Notes under the pieces: model-generated
Seen by the model: only the letters and a program-made list of their open reading frames with translations
Database searches by the model: none
What the model was told of the DNA's origin: nothing
Shown here: positions 1-15,000 of the stretch, one piece after another
Layout of the letters: every line of letters begins with the position of its first letter
How positions within the stretch are numbered: position 1 is the stretch's first letter
Assembly: GCA_037379345.1 (NCBI GenBank)
Contig: CM074516.1
Span: 31,533,626 to 31,597,625, forward strand
Direction: 5' to 3'
Source of the DNA: Perna viridis
Lineage: Eukaryota
Length of the DNA stretch: 64,000 nucleotides
Program-made: the position numbers and the translations under genes

Positions 1-2679
1 TATATTGAAGTTATTTGTATATAATGTACATTATGTTTATGCAGAGTTGCACATGTTGTCATGCTAGGTATACCCTAATTCATTTAGGAAGTTGATACCA
101 GACAGCATTCAAAATCGTTTACAACATATGTCCCATCTATATTGAGCCACATACCAGTACAAATTTAAAATCAAATTGTCCAGTGGAAGCTTAACATTTT
201 TTGATGGACAGTATGGCAGACAGATGGTAAGGTTACTCCAATATACCACCCATGAAAATTTTCTCTGTCATTCCATATAGTGAAAAATGGCTAAGTCCCA
301 TGAAATAGAAAGTTGATATCCAGCAGCATCTAAAATGGCTTACAACAAATGCCCCATCTATATGAAGCTACAAACCAAATTTGAAAATAATCCATTTATT
401 GGGAGCCGAGATTTTTGATTTGAACATTTCCTCTATAATTCCCTGTAGTAAAAAGTTGGAAAAATCAAAACAGGAAGCGTGTATATTCATAACAAAAAAA
501 AAATAAAAAATAGATAACCACACTTTCAGCAGTACAGTCTGTTCAATGTCTGGAAACACATACAATATATGTCTTCATTTCTGTTTTAATAAAATCAACT
601 AAAAGACGGAATTAAAAAACACAAATAAAATAAAAAAAATCACAGATAATATATAATTCATTATGTCTAAGCTGTACACTTTTAATGAAATCACACTGCC
701 TTGGAGTTTAAAAACAGACTAATTGACAGATTAATGCAATAATCCCTTCCAAATGAATTATACTGGAGGCTCTGCCACAAAAAGTGGCTGATGCATCAAA
801 ATAATCAGTCTGTGCATCTGTAACACATTATGTCCTCGTAACATTTAAGTCTTTCAAGTTGAGCATTTCATAATTGACATGTCGGTAGGCGATCTCAAAA
901 CACTGAAACTTTTTTTGTCTTTAAATGTAATAAATCATGTCCAGACTGCACATGGTATGTACTGGTAGGTTAACATTAGATTTTCTTAATAAAAGACTTT
1001 AACCAGAATTTATTTCAATACTGGAGGGCACTCAGAAATGGACTCCATTTCATTATGTCTAGTTTACTCAGTGCCCATGAAAAGTCACCTGCGTTTATAT
1101 CTACTTAGCAGTACTGCATGTTTTCACCTGTGTATGTGCCATGCTTCAAAGGAGTTATAGATATGAACAAGTTCTAGTGTATGTAGAATGTCTAATTTTT
1201 AATATATCATGTAAGTATTTCCTCTTGGAAGTATATGAATAAACAGTAAAATAAGTATCATTTGTAAGTTCAATATAATCATTTTGTAGAAATCTATGAT
1301 CTGTTGAAAGAAAGTTTTCAATAGGAACTACCTTCGACAGACAATAAATGAGTAAAAACGCATTTTCGAGCTATAATTACATAAGCCAACAATATTGACT
1401 ATTGAAATAAAACAATAGAAACATATGAAATGTAATTATAAGAATTAAATGTTTCTTTTTTTGATCCTTCATCGGTGTGTAAAAGCGTTGATCAGCAAAC
1501 ACACATTTTGGTCATGAAGTGCTAGTCCAAGGAAAATGTGCTATGATAAGTGCTTTTATAATTCTTAAGTCAAAAGACTTAACTACAAGTAAATGCTTTT
1601 ATTTGGTACAAAACTCAACAGAAAGTCAACAAATTTTATCATAATTTGTTTTTGGGACATAGTGAAAAATTAGCACTAATATGTTATGATAAATACTTCA
1701 ACAGGTAGTGTCAAAGATAACAGACAAACAAAAAGTGACTAAATGGAAAACAAAATAACACTCCTTTGAAATATAGTATATAATCTGGTCCCAAGATGGC
1801 AAAAAAGAATACAAAATAATAATTACAGCAGTGAAGCATGAACATTTCATCATCCAACAAAACTTAAATTGTAAGTCTATCAAAACCTGCAAATTACATC
1901 CTTTCACATTGAACAAACCTTATACATGTAATATAAAAGACAATGTTTAAAATAGTAATGTGTGAATATTTAAAATACATGTAGATGTGGTAGAGTGAAA
2001 TAAATGTCCCCCAATGCAAACGTTCAGTCCTTAACAGTAGGATTGCTTATAGAGGTTAAAACTAAGAGAGATAACTCTCTGATTAGTGTTTGACATAGCA
2101 TTGTTTTCTGACATTGTGTACATACAATTAAACAACAATTGATTGGAAGAAAACAAAGTTCTGTTTTAATAAAAGTTTCTAGGTCAAGGCCAGTCACTTA
2201 ACATAAGTTAGTGACAAGAAACATAAATTTGATCTGTAACCTGACAGGTTATATAAACACACGCTAGAAATCAGCTTTATAGCTTTGAAATTGTTTTGAA
2301 AAACCTGGGAAGGTGTTATCTTAATGAAATCTATTTATTTTATGGGTTGTATTTTGGCCAAAAAACAAAATCATTGAGGGCATTAGTACTAATCAATGTG
2401 GGTATTAGTACTAATCAAAAATTGGCTGAATATCAATGTTTGTTCTTAAATAAAAGAAAGACTTAATAAAGAAAAACTAAGACACACCAATAAATTAGTA
2501 AAACTATATATGACTTGACTGCATAGTAGAAGTGACTCTAATAAATGTGATATAGTGGTATTATTCAATGTACACAAATAAGCCATAAAAACAATTTTCA
2601 CTCATGATCTTTTAGGTCTTTCAAGCAAAATCTTTAACTTCAAAAAGTCACACATGTATTAAAACATGATCAGACATTG

Positions 2680-2721
2680 CACACACGCACACACACAATA
2701 TATATATATATATATATATAT
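2680..2721. repeat. (CA)n/(TA)n microsatellite in the presumed 3' UTR
   Basis: CACACACGCACACACACAATATATATATATATATATATATAT. Confidence 0.8.
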
Positions 2722-2825
2722 GCCCATTATATACTTTATTATAGTGTATTATCATCTTTATCGGTATCGTTAGTGTTATCATTAACTGAAAATGTTAACC
2801 AAAGACATAATATAGTTTCATTTAT

Positions 2826-3024
2826 CTAATGCCTCTGTCGTTGTTTTCTGGTTAATATCCTGTTGATGAGGCACCAAACATCAACAGACTGGCCAGTCAG
2901 TATGTGTTGTGGATCTTCTTTATCAGATGGAATCTGTCCAATGGATGCCATCAGTGTATTGTCAATGATTAAATCTTCCTCATAAGGACAAGCATCTATG
3001 TAACCAATTAAAGCATCTCTCAGG
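2826..3024 (-). CDS. RNF213: RNF213-like terminal coding exon 70
   Basis: (S)LRDALIGY...QSVDVWCLI...RH*; phase matches exon 69. Confidence 0.9.
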
Positions 3025-6000
3025 CTTAAAAACAAGATCAAGAAAAGGTTAACAGTAAAGTAGAAACAGTTCATTTACCAAATTCTTCCTTTTAAACCTA
3101 ATTCTTAAAAGATATGCCATGCACCATATCCATGTATATTTTAACTAAATTCACTTTAGACAATTATTGTTGAAAACAAAATCCTAAAGAAAATTTGTGC
3201 TAGTACTTGTACAAAGCCTAACATTCACGGAATTTAGCACCCAGATATATTCACTACTTCCAAGATAATTTTGCTCCAGTAATGATGTCATTTTCAGTTT
3301 TGTCAGTTACATTAGGAGGGCTGTTACAGCCAAACAGCAAAGTAACTACGTGACCCAGAATTTCTTTGATCCAATCTGCACTGAACAATGGGAAGATAAC
3401 TCTGATTGGGGGGGGCGCTTTAAATACCGTGCGAAATTTTTCAGTCTTGTATGCCTCAGAAAAAAGTATTAATTATTAAATAACTTAAACGGTTATTTCA
3501 AGTAAAATTTATGAAAAGAATGGTTGATGTTTTTGGAGTGAATTCATTGGACCAATGAGCGATGAGATCGAAATAAAATCACTTACTCGGAAAATGTGAT
3601 TCCCCTTGTTTACTTTATTACCCAATGAATCACATTTAACACGTCAGAATTAAAGATAAAGGGGTTTTCTCTGTAGATTGACGATTGATCTTTGACCATC
3701 TAAGGGGATTAACTGTTTCAAAGTTGGGATCATCGTTTGTTTGCAAACTTCTGAAACCACTGAAATGGCATGTGCTTGTCACTGTCAGTGACAAAATCAA
3801 GCACTATCTCGCCAAAATTCTTGTTGATACGCACAATAAATGGTAAAATTGAGACCAGAGCATGTTTATTCAGGTTAGTTATGCCACCCTAACATATCTT
3901 GTGCATTATCTTTGATGGGATTAGTCATGAAATGGTTCAAGCCCTCCCCCCATTTTCCATGCATATGAAAGAAACTTCTCTCAGATTTTGTAACACACAA
4001 TCTACGTTGAAACAGCGAACATTGTGTTTGGCATGGTGTAAACACTCATTCTTATCATCAGTATACACCACATATACACATATATTTTCCCAAAATGCAA
4101 ATTGGGTTGCCCCAACCAAGTCAGAATGGTCCAAAATTTTAGTGTCTTTATTCTTTCTGCTTACATACACCAAGGAGTTTGAAATATACTATAAAAATCC
4201 CTGCATATATTATTTTAATGAACAAATAATGAATAATTAATTTGTGAGTGTAGCTATATATATATCAATAAAAAAGTCATTCTAATTCTCTTTCACCAAT
4301 GATTTTTTTAATATAGAAATGAAATTCTATGAAAATACCTTTTTCACTCATTACAGCTTTGGATATTTGGAAAAGCAGTATCACAGGTATAGTCAAATAT
4401 TTTTTTCACACATATTCCTGTATTTTGTCCTTATTTGTACATTTATTTAATTTTACTATCAGTTTAAAAAACTATGAAAATCCTCCATTCTTCAAAAATA
4501 TTACACATAGTATTTTGTCAAATATTTGGGTGAGTTTATTGTATTAAATTGGTTATTAATTTTCAAAGGCAAAGAAGAAGTGAAATTTGTTTTGCTAAAC
4601 ATCAAAATTGTGTCATATTCAAATGATACCCTCTTATAATGAAATTAGGCGTACAAGTGAAAATACAGTGTGTTATACCTTTGGGTTATGTAAATTATAA
4701 TTCCTGTTCTAAAAAGTAAGGTGATATGCTGGTACATTTTTTTTTCAATTATTTAAATTATTACAAAAGCAAGTTTATTTTGAATAAGTGATCTTATTGC
4801 TTTGATAATGAAATAGTGTAATATTTTTCATTGAAATAAAATTTATGAAAAGAACAAAGATTTTCACTCAATATATTAAAGGTAGCAAGGATTTTTATTA
4901 TCTAAAAAATATCACTGGGAAAGAAAAATGAACACTTGTAATAATTACTATAATTTTTTAAGTTTATTTATAAGATGGTAGTTCATCAATTCTTTATGTC
5001 TAAATTTTTTTTTATTCTAATAGACAGCAAAATGCATACTTACCAAAATTTGAAAATATATGAAATCTATCAAACTGAACCCTAACATTATTGCAGCAAC
5101 AAATCAGTAGAACTATAGATTCGACATACTTACTTCTTAGATCAATATTATTTCAAATATATGCACAGTACATGTATTTTCCAATATTTTTTTTATTATG
5201 TTATGGCAATGATTAAAATCTTAGACACATGGAATGGTATGATGATAGTCTGAAGCAAGGGAGGGTGTTCTATTCTTTCCTCCAAGTACATGTAGCCATA
5301 GACATTTAATACTTACTACTGACAGATCTTTTCCTGATAACTTGTTGCCAGACAAAATTAATATGGAATATATTTAAATTTTTCTGTGTTCTAAATTGTG
5401 GAAACTCAATTAATTTGACAACCATACCAGTATTTCATCCAGTTTTGCAGTGCTAGTGGGTAAAGCTACCATGAAAATAGCAACGATATTTTTATTATTT
5501 TAGTTTGTATGAGAACAAACCTAAGTAGAACCCATTACAGTCCCATATGTACCAGATTGATTTCATGGCAGCGAATTTTGAAATAAAAAATGTATTCCTA
5601 CATGTTTCTGTTTAAAAATGTATTTAAAATCATAGTATATATTTTTTTGTGTAATATAAAGAGGTGAGGCGTCAAAATGCAACAAGTAATTATTATTTCC
5701 GAATTTTACTGACACTTCCGAAAACAGTTGCCTCCCCTGTCAAGAACGAAATTTTAAATAAGCTGACAGAATTGCATTTAACACCACTTCGCAAGTAAAA
5801 ACATTCAATGCAGCTCAGAAATATATCGGTCCTTCATTGTGTGAAATATCTAAGTGTTTCAAAATCTAGAAATTGATATATCTTTATTTTTATTTCGCTA
5901 GGCGGGGAATTTTTGACAAGGGGTTGGTCTGGAAAAAGCTGACAGAATCTCTTCTGTGAGATATTTTGGCTTTTTTATTGCTATATTTTAATGATAAAAT

Positions 6001-9000
6001 GAACAAAGATGCTCAGCATATCGGTTGATTTTGCCGATGTAATCAATGAAGCTCTAACGAGTCGATTTTTCAGTGCATAATTTGGCAGTGAAAAATATCG
6101 CCATTCTGGGGTCATGTGTCACGTGACTTTTGCAGATTGGCGTCACCATTTTATTTACTTTGCTTTTCAGCTGTTAAGTACTGGGTTCTGATTGTCCCTT
6201 AATCTTAAATTTATTGCATTTTACCAGATTTGCAATAGAAAATCAAATTTTTTGGGAAAAAAAAAACATGTTCAGTGTATATCAAAATACCCAAGCTTAG
6301 AGTTCAAACAACAAGAATTGTGAAGAAATACCAAAAGCATTTATACCTGACTTTGGAAATATCTACATAGTCTTCATCGTCCATGTTTTGTGGAATGTCA
6401 ATCTTCAAAACAATACATTCAAACAGCAAGTCTACCAAAGCATCTAATTGTTCTATAGGTAGCCTGTTTAGGATTTCTTCAAGTGTACCAGTCTGAGCAT
6501 CATTCAACGACTTTTTAAAGTTGTCAGAAATGCCTTCAAATGCTTTCTGAAAGTATTGTCAATATCACTTTAATAATATGTACTTCAGGGTCAACTATAC
6601 TAAACAGTAAACAAACATTCTCACCAAATATCTCCCACATGAAACAGCGTCAATTGGGAGAAACTCCCACGTGAACTGTTCCATAGGTAAACAGGTGTTT
6701 GTGTATAAGTTGCTGTACTTTATATAAATGATAGAATTATCAATTAAAATTATAACATCAAAATTACCATATTCTTCAGTGTATTATGTGCATTTGTGTT
6801 TTCCGCGCACCCCCTTCTTGGCAAGGGAGAAAAAAACGTAAGTTTCCATGTATAACGTGCACTGGGGAGTGTGGGAAAATCACCAGCAGAAGACCACAAT
6901 GAGATAAAAGGATTCTGTAAATTCCCTGAAATGTGTATCCTTTTGATCATTAATCTTTTTAAATAAAAGTATTTTTTTATGTTTTATTGATTAAAATACA
7001 GTGATGTATTGGATCCACTCAACAAGTCAGCTAAAGTATTTATACTTCCTTTTTGTATGCAAATCAAATATTTCACTAAAACAATGGCATCAATTCCGAT
7101 CGTTTATAAAAAAAAATGTTTTAATTTACCAAGCTTGTGTATTGATATTTCATCAAGTTCATCAAGTGGATTAAAGGATTAGTGACAATTGTTCTCACTT
7201 TTGAAATTAATCTTTTGTTATTTGATACTTAAATGATAATATTGTGTATTTGACATTCCACCGCACAGGTGAAGAAGTTATAATTAGGACAGTGTGTTGT
7301 GAGAGAAAATTAAAAACTAATCACGGATTTTCGTACAAAATATGAAATACAAGAAAACAGCATTGATGGATAAAACTATTAAATAGCAGTAAAACTTTAT
7401 TTGTTTATTTCAAATGAAATTCTTATCAAAAATACAAAATGGCTCGATGTTGTCTCTTTTTGACGACTTCAGTTCTGATTCCCAAAAATTACGAACCCCG
7501 AAAATTATGTCTCCAGAAAAATATTTAGAAATTCAATGTTTTGGTGTGTATCATGCATTCCCCTCCTGGAACAAAGAAAAAGTTGAAAAAAGGTGTGGGG
7601 TATACACAGAAGAATACATTAAGTCAGTGCCTTTCTTCAATTGAATTACTTAAATACCAATAATACAAAATTCAGCAAATTTCACAATACTAGATTCAGT
7701 AACATTCTTACATTCACCTTTATTTATGATTGCTAAACATTTATAATCACCAGGATGAAGAATTTCAAAAGATAATCATGTTCAGCTTAGTTATTAACTC
7801 ACTTTATCATATCTAGCTAAGAACTTTGCCCTCTCCATTGCTAATGTGATCCATAAACACATTGTGTGTTTACACTTGGCTGCCTGCTGAGCCTATAAAG
7901 ACAATTTTAAACAGTAACAATAGTTTTTACTTACAAAATTAATCTGACAATCACAGATACTCCTGCATTTAAATTTTTCAAAATGAAAAGGGTCATAACT
8001 GTGTGATCACCTATATTTTATGGTTCAATGCATTGTGTCAAATTTTTAACAATTTGGTAGAGTGGTTTATTACATATAATCTGGACACTAAAAGTGTGAT
8101 GCACAAATGTACGGAAGGCTGAATAGACAGTCAGACAGACAGACAATAGAAAACTGATAATCATAAGGAAAGCTGTTCATTCCCTCCCAATGGAAAAAAA
8201 TAAAATGGTAACTACTAGCAAAATACTGCTGGACAGCATACAATGGATGGAAAAATAGTCACAGATCAGAACTGGTATCTTTACATAGACTTTAAATTCT
8301 TACTTTGTAAACCCTGATTCATGAAGCTGACGGTGGAAAACATCAAGTAAGAAATTTTCCCTGTATGGTGACTTTCTAAGTGAAACTCATTGTTTGTTTT
8401 AAACTACTGATTATCTAGAAACTTTTTCAATAAATGATGTACCAACCTTTGGACTTGGAAAAGGTTTTTCCATCTTCAGAGTATCTGTCATAAATCCATG
8501 TAGAGAGCTCTCTGGGTCAGCTCCAACGGATTTGAGGAAGCTAATAGCAATATCTAGTTTGTCAAGACTCTCACACAAGTCTGGATAAGATTTAATTCTC
8601 AACTCTCCACAGATCTGACTTAGCACTGCAGAAGTTATTCTCTCCTAAAGATTAAACAAACTTTGTTATTTAGAAATATAAAAAAAATCTCATGAAAATC
8701 TCCTTCAATATTTTTTGTAAAATATAGTCCATCTATGCATTTAAGATTTTCTTTGAGTTTCTGCAAGTGTTCATGATCAGTTTACATGAATGAAAAATGT
8801 ACAAAACTTTCTATGAAAATACTTCAAAAGATATCTGGTTAAGACAAGTTTCAGTGTATCTATTTTCAATGAAATAATTGTTTTATAAAAATCCACCAAT
8901 GTAGAAGGAGTCTCCATACCATCTATCTAAGTCAATGGAGAAGTACATGATATGATAATAGAAACACTGAAATAAATTTTCATCGAAAGTCAGCAGGTAC

Positions 9001-12000
9001 ACAATAATAATAGGTAATAATCATTCCCTGTAAGTTTCATTAAAAATCTATCAACCTTACTTTCAAACATGTATGTTTCTATGTACACACAATTTGAATA
9101 TGTTTTCAGAAAGAAGAACTAAATTTCAGTGTTTGTAAAAGTGACTGTATAATGGACATCTTATGTTAGGTACCTGCTTGATTCTGTCATACAAGCTCCT
9201 AAACACCACAGCATTGGTGGACTCAGATCTATATGTTATAATCTCAATCTGTGAAAACAAACGAGTAAACAATTCATTCATATACACATGTACGTTTTCT
9301 CTAATTGATGACCAATCCACTACAGTCAAGTATCTCATAGGCATAAAAGGATACGTTGTGATCCAAGTGATATTCTCTGTAAAGACCTTCAAATCTAACC
9401 TTATCTTTGTTTATTAAATAGTCACAGTCAGTATAACACTGCATTGTCCTTCGTAATTATTGATATTTGGACTATAGCAGGAGCCTGATGCAGTAAAGAG
9501 CAAGGAAATTGTCAAAATTACATTCCATTAAGGCTGCCTCTCAAACTTTCAAACTACCTCCTGAGTACTGTTCATCAGATGTCTTTCTAGTTTGATTAAG
9601 TTATAGCCCACTCTGGTTCCCTGTCCTACTTACCTCCTGAACACTGCCAACAATAGACTTTGAGACCAGGAATCTGTCCATCAGCTGTCTCTCTAGGTTT
9701 ATAAAGTTATATTCCACTTTGGTTCCCTGTCCCACTTCAAATGAGTAGTTACAGTTAGCCAGTATCATGGGAAGTAAATCTCTGTCTGGATGATAGCTGA
9801 TTAAATGGGCTGATGATATATCCTTCACATGTACTTTTGGCAGACTGTCTTCCCTAAAACAATGGCTGAACATTAGTCATAATTAAAGAATATTTTATTG
9901 CTATACTATAGCTCTTATTCAAGACCTCATTATGTAACAAGTGAGACACTTAGTAAAGTTGCCAGTAGCAACAGATGCCCGTTAAGGAAATAAACCAATA
10001 TTTTCTTCATTACCTTTTTTAGCTTTATTTTGCATAAAACATCAAAGAAATAACTTCTAAGACGAACTAAGTTTATAATTAAAGAAAAAGTAGATTAATT
10101 AATTTAACAATATTCAGGTTAAACTTAGTAAGTCCCATTCACCTTAACCTTATAATGATTTTGTGGTAGACTTAGCAAGGAAGCAATAAAGCATAAGTAC
10201 AAGGATTTATAAATCAGCTCTAATGAAGCCTATGCATACTTGATCTTGCTTTCAGCACAGTAACTCTGTAGGAACATATTCTGTTTCTTCAGTAAGAAGA
10301 ATAACAGTACATAAGATGACAGCCCAGCATCTTTGTGTGTGGGGATCAGATGAGATATTGGTGTTTTCTCTGTGATCTCCATTCTACAGTACTCCTTTTC
10401 TACTGTTACTATACTTCCATTAGCTGGACACACTATAAGAGAGGAAATAGCTGGTAAAGGGGTTCCAATCTCATGAAATTAAAGATTGCAGGGGTAACCC
10501 ACTGAGAGAATTTTTTAATAACACTTTTTATGTGTTATTTGCATGTTTCTGTCCGTGCCATCTTTGCTTTGTTTTTGTCACTTGACTTTCAAGTTTTGAA
10601 CTGTGGGCTAGCAATGGTTTCCCGGAATATTACTTTCTAACATTTTAACTCAGAATTAATGTCTTTTTTTGTGTAAATTAATGGCAGTCTCCATTGAGCA
10701 CTCAGTCTAAATATTAGATCCCTAGGAATTTGTTAATTGCAGTTTTGAATCAACAGTTCTTTCAATATAGCAAGAACTACATGAAAAAAATAAAAATAAA
10801 AACTGAAAGCTGTCCTACAGCACATAACAACCCATTCCTGTTTTTGTGTGTGTAATGTTTCAACATGTGGACAGATGAACAGACACCAGAATTCCATAAT
10901 ACCACTGTCAAAAGATATGTATAACAAAACAACAGGAAAGCAATGTTTACCATATGTTTCAAGAGATTCTCTGACACAGTTCCATGCCTCTGTATAATCT
11001 TCTAAAAAGTGATTAAATTCCTTTAATCTCCTCTCTGAAAAAATACAGTACAAAAACATGTTAAAAATAATTTCTATTGTACATCAATGGTTTATGGTAA
11101 GTAGAGTTATTGATTTTGATTAAAAAATATGAATTGATTTGATTTTGACTGATCTATGTTTTACTACTCCATAAATAACTTCTAGAATACAACAATATCA
11201 TGTCCCAATATACATGTATTTTTTTTTAATTTATAAGTTTTAGATGTTGAAAGTACCTCTTAATGAAAGTGTTTGATATATTTTTATTAATTATCTTAAT
11301 TTCATGTAATGACTAAATAAGAAAAACAAAAGAAGTGTTTTATATCCCTGTCTAAATTTGTAAGAGATCTAGAGATTCATTATTGTTCACAATTCAAATC
11401 AGTTAAGAAATGTCAGTAAGTATTTATAATTTGTGACGGACAGGCACCAATCATTTCTTAATCCCTGTGTTGCATTATGGCAGGGGAAAATACCCACTGT
11501 CATGCTTAAGGCCTTCACACAGTCATACCTTGTCTCATTTGAACTTTTACATCACTAATTGTAAGAGTTGAGGCTTCAGCTCGGTCGAGCTTTCTATTAT
11601 ACTTCTGGATAAGCATCTTCTGTAATCTTATTATACTGGGTACAAATCTGATAGCTCTTAAGTGATGTTCCTATGGAAAAATTACATGCACTAGAAACTC
11701 TTTTTGTTTCATTGGAATACAGTTTGTAATTTCAACTATTTGTTCATGCATTTTCTAAGCCATCAAGTAGGATGAATGAAATTGGACATATTTTTGTGGA
11801 TAAGTTCAACACTTTAAAACCAAGGAAACCTACAATTTTTCACCACTAAAGGATTCTGAAAGGAAAAGTCTTTAAAACTAAACACACCAGGTATGTTGAC
11901 AATGAAAGCTTTGCAATTTTAATGGAACTGACTGTTCAATACACATAAGTGATGGAAAATTACCATCTGCAAAAAAAAAATATTTCATTAAATAAACAAT

Positions 12001-15000
12001 CAATCAAAAAGTTTAGAGTAAATTGAACGAAGGACCCATAAGTTAATGTTTTGATGATGGGTACTCCATAATTAGATATATTAACAAACCTCTTTAAGAA
12101 AAAGCCTAAGGTTCGGTAAATTCCTCTTCGTAGCATCCAGATTTTGTCGTAGATGGTTGACACTTATCATAGCCCTATACCTCCATATGGCTGGTACATC
12201 CTGTAATTGACCTATGCCCTGTCTCTCCTGTGGTCCATCTGTCTCATACAGGATCTGCAGCAAGGGATCATTACCTACAAGTACATGTAGTTATTGTATA
12301 AACTATCTGTGATTAATGTTGTACAGCAAAAAATTTTTTCATCCATATCAAAAGTCAAAGTAACCGGGAATTTAGATGCAATATCAACACAAAATTCAAT
12401 GTATTTTGAAGAAACATATGAAGAGAATTTGTGTTTGATATTGCAAATTTTGAAATTCATTTTTTATCTAATGCTCTGGATGCTAAGAAAAATAGTTTGT
12501 AAAAATAATGATTAAAACTCACGATAGCAGATTTGCATCATTATCAAAGTGAATCAGTTCTCTATAATATAATCATATTTAGAAAAGGCTGAACTGGTGA
12601 TCACAGATGCCCTTTCGTTCACAGTTCCAAGTGACAAAGGGCCATAACTCCCGAACTCTAAAGCACTGTTTTTAAAAATGATTGAGTGGTTCTGTAATTA
12701 CTATCCAGAAGTGTGATGAACAAATGAACTAACAGACAGACTGACGCGAAAATCACCTTGACTATCACACAAAACATTTAAACCAGTACAATCTTAAATG
12801 TGTCAAGTTAAGCATATATATTTCAAACACCTGACAGTCAATGTATACTTACCAAGTCTTTGGTCTTTCAAGATCAGATCATTGCATTGTTTAACTATTT
12901 TATCCATATTCTGAAATAACAAATCAAAATGTTTAAATCTTGAACTCCTATCTATCACTATAAAAGAACATGAACATATATCTAAATGAAACAAATCATC
13001 ATTCTACCATATACTAGGGGTGGGGAGCACTTCAATACTTCTTTGGGTGCCGCTGGGATTCTGTAACCCCACCCTATTCATATATTTTGCATTTGAAAAA
13101 ATGTAGACCTTTTCATATAATTGTCAGACAAATTGAGTGTTCCCTTGATTATGATACACTAAGACATATAAAATATTTAGCATGCATTTATTTACTAACA
13201 GGCGAATAATTACAACAGATGATAGGACAAGGATGTTTTTGACTATTTATATCTTTCATAATGTAAACTTTATTGACGTAACATATAATTATGCTCATTT
13301 TCTCCCTTCTATTCACATATTTGCAAGCTGGAAAATGGTACCTATTCCAGTGGCTTTGTCCTATCACTTTATATATAGGAAGTACTCTTACTAAACCTAA
13401 GTACTTACTACATGAACTGTACAGGTTCTTTTGATGGATGACTTACTAACCTGAAGGACAGGTGAAATATATCTCTTGGCAAATCTATCTTCCCAATCTG
13501 ATCTGGAGTTCTTGTCTGTCAGACCACACATATTTTCAGGAAATTGTTCACCTGTAATAAGGAGCGGTGTCAAAGCAACCCAATGATCCTTATTGCAAAA
13601 ACACTTTTTTCTACTAACTAAGAATTAATGAAAAATCGAAAACATTCCATTCTGGTATAGAAATATTGGAGCAAAGTATAGTTTTAGCAGGGACAGATTG
13701 TCAGCAGTGATCTTATATGTAGATGTTCTGAAAAATGACTGACTCAACATTGTTCTGTCAGAAGTGACATATTTGGAAATGACTTATGCAGTTGAGAAGT
13801 GATTGTTTGAAGTTTGAAGAACCAGTCCATATAAAATGCAGACACTACCTATTTATGGAACAGGTGATTCATGGTGTAGAAAAACCCACTAAACAAACAA
13901 TGTTTTTTTGGTCTTCAGATGCTATATTTCTAGGTAACATTAATCTTTTCTGTACTCATATCTGTACTTTTGAGAAAATCATACAGTCATCTCACACTAA
14001 TATTAACCAACTCAAAGCAAATCAAGAACAATTACTCTTGCAAAGTGCTAATATCATGTACAATCTATATAAATTTTATGTCAAAAGTGCAATACCCAAA
14101 TGAAAAGCCAAAACTGATTATGTGGTCTGTAATTAAGTTTGAATAGGAAATAAAAGTAATTGTGGTGGGCGTATGACATGAGTAAATCACCTGATTTTTA
14201 TAAAGATTGCTACTTAATGCAGACACAAAGGGTGTATTCTAGGAGGTCTCGCACCACAGGCCGAGACATTAGCAAATAATATAACAATATAAATGTGCAT
14301 AATCAACAAAGTCAAATGTAACATTTCAGAACAAATAGTTCTGTCCCTTATAGGCAAAGTCTAATATCATATTACATCAGTAAAATCATTAGTTATTGCT
14401 TTAGAAATTGGTAATTAAAAAAAAATTGCATATTTTCAATCAGAATAAATGTTTTATTTGACATGAAAAACAAGATATTATTTGAATTTGGAATTATTTT
14501 AGATTTAAAAAAATAATTAAAAATCTATTAATAAAACTTACACTTACTAAGGGGGTGAGTCCAGTTGTCATGACTACGTGTGGTTAGTAAGTTTTCCTTG
14601 CCTCCTGTTGTCCAACTTACCTTAACCCTTAGCCATGTAGACATTATTTACCAACTCCCTTGGAAAAGTTATTTTTTCCAAATTATTTTTAAGTTCCAAA
14701 ATAATTCCAAACTGAAATAATACCTTGTTATGACATGTTTTAACTACAAAAATTGAATTAATAGTCAGTAGTGAAAATGAATATTAATTCTTATATAACA
14801 CAAATATCAATAACAGCCATGGAACGAACACTAATAATGTTTGTCATTGGGCGGTGTAATCAGGATACTTGATGTAGCATCAATGACAACCTGTGTATTA
14901 TCTCAATGATTTTTCCGGCAAAATTTAAATTGTATGTACATGTATATGAAAATGTAAAGACACTTTCCCCAATTTTAAGAACACATACCAATAACAGCCA

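Noticed and set aside
1-2825. A second gene or a defined polyadenylation site downstream of the stop
   Set aside because: No convincing exon. Several minus-strand AATAAA motifs exist (e.g. ~2735-2740, ~1598), but in such AT-rich DNA none can be chosen without transcript data.
9249-9392. Upstream extension of ORF 9126-9392 as coding sequence
   Set aside because: A strong acceptor (TTTTCACAG) at 9249 gives a 75-nt exon in phase with its neighbours; the extension has no RNF213-like character.
13385-14830. Weak echoes of exon 59 and exon 58 donors (CTTACTAAACCTAAG at ~13387; CAATAACAGCCATGG at ~14808)
   Set aside because: Matches are only ~15 nt. They fit the junction-duplication pattern but are too short to support alone.
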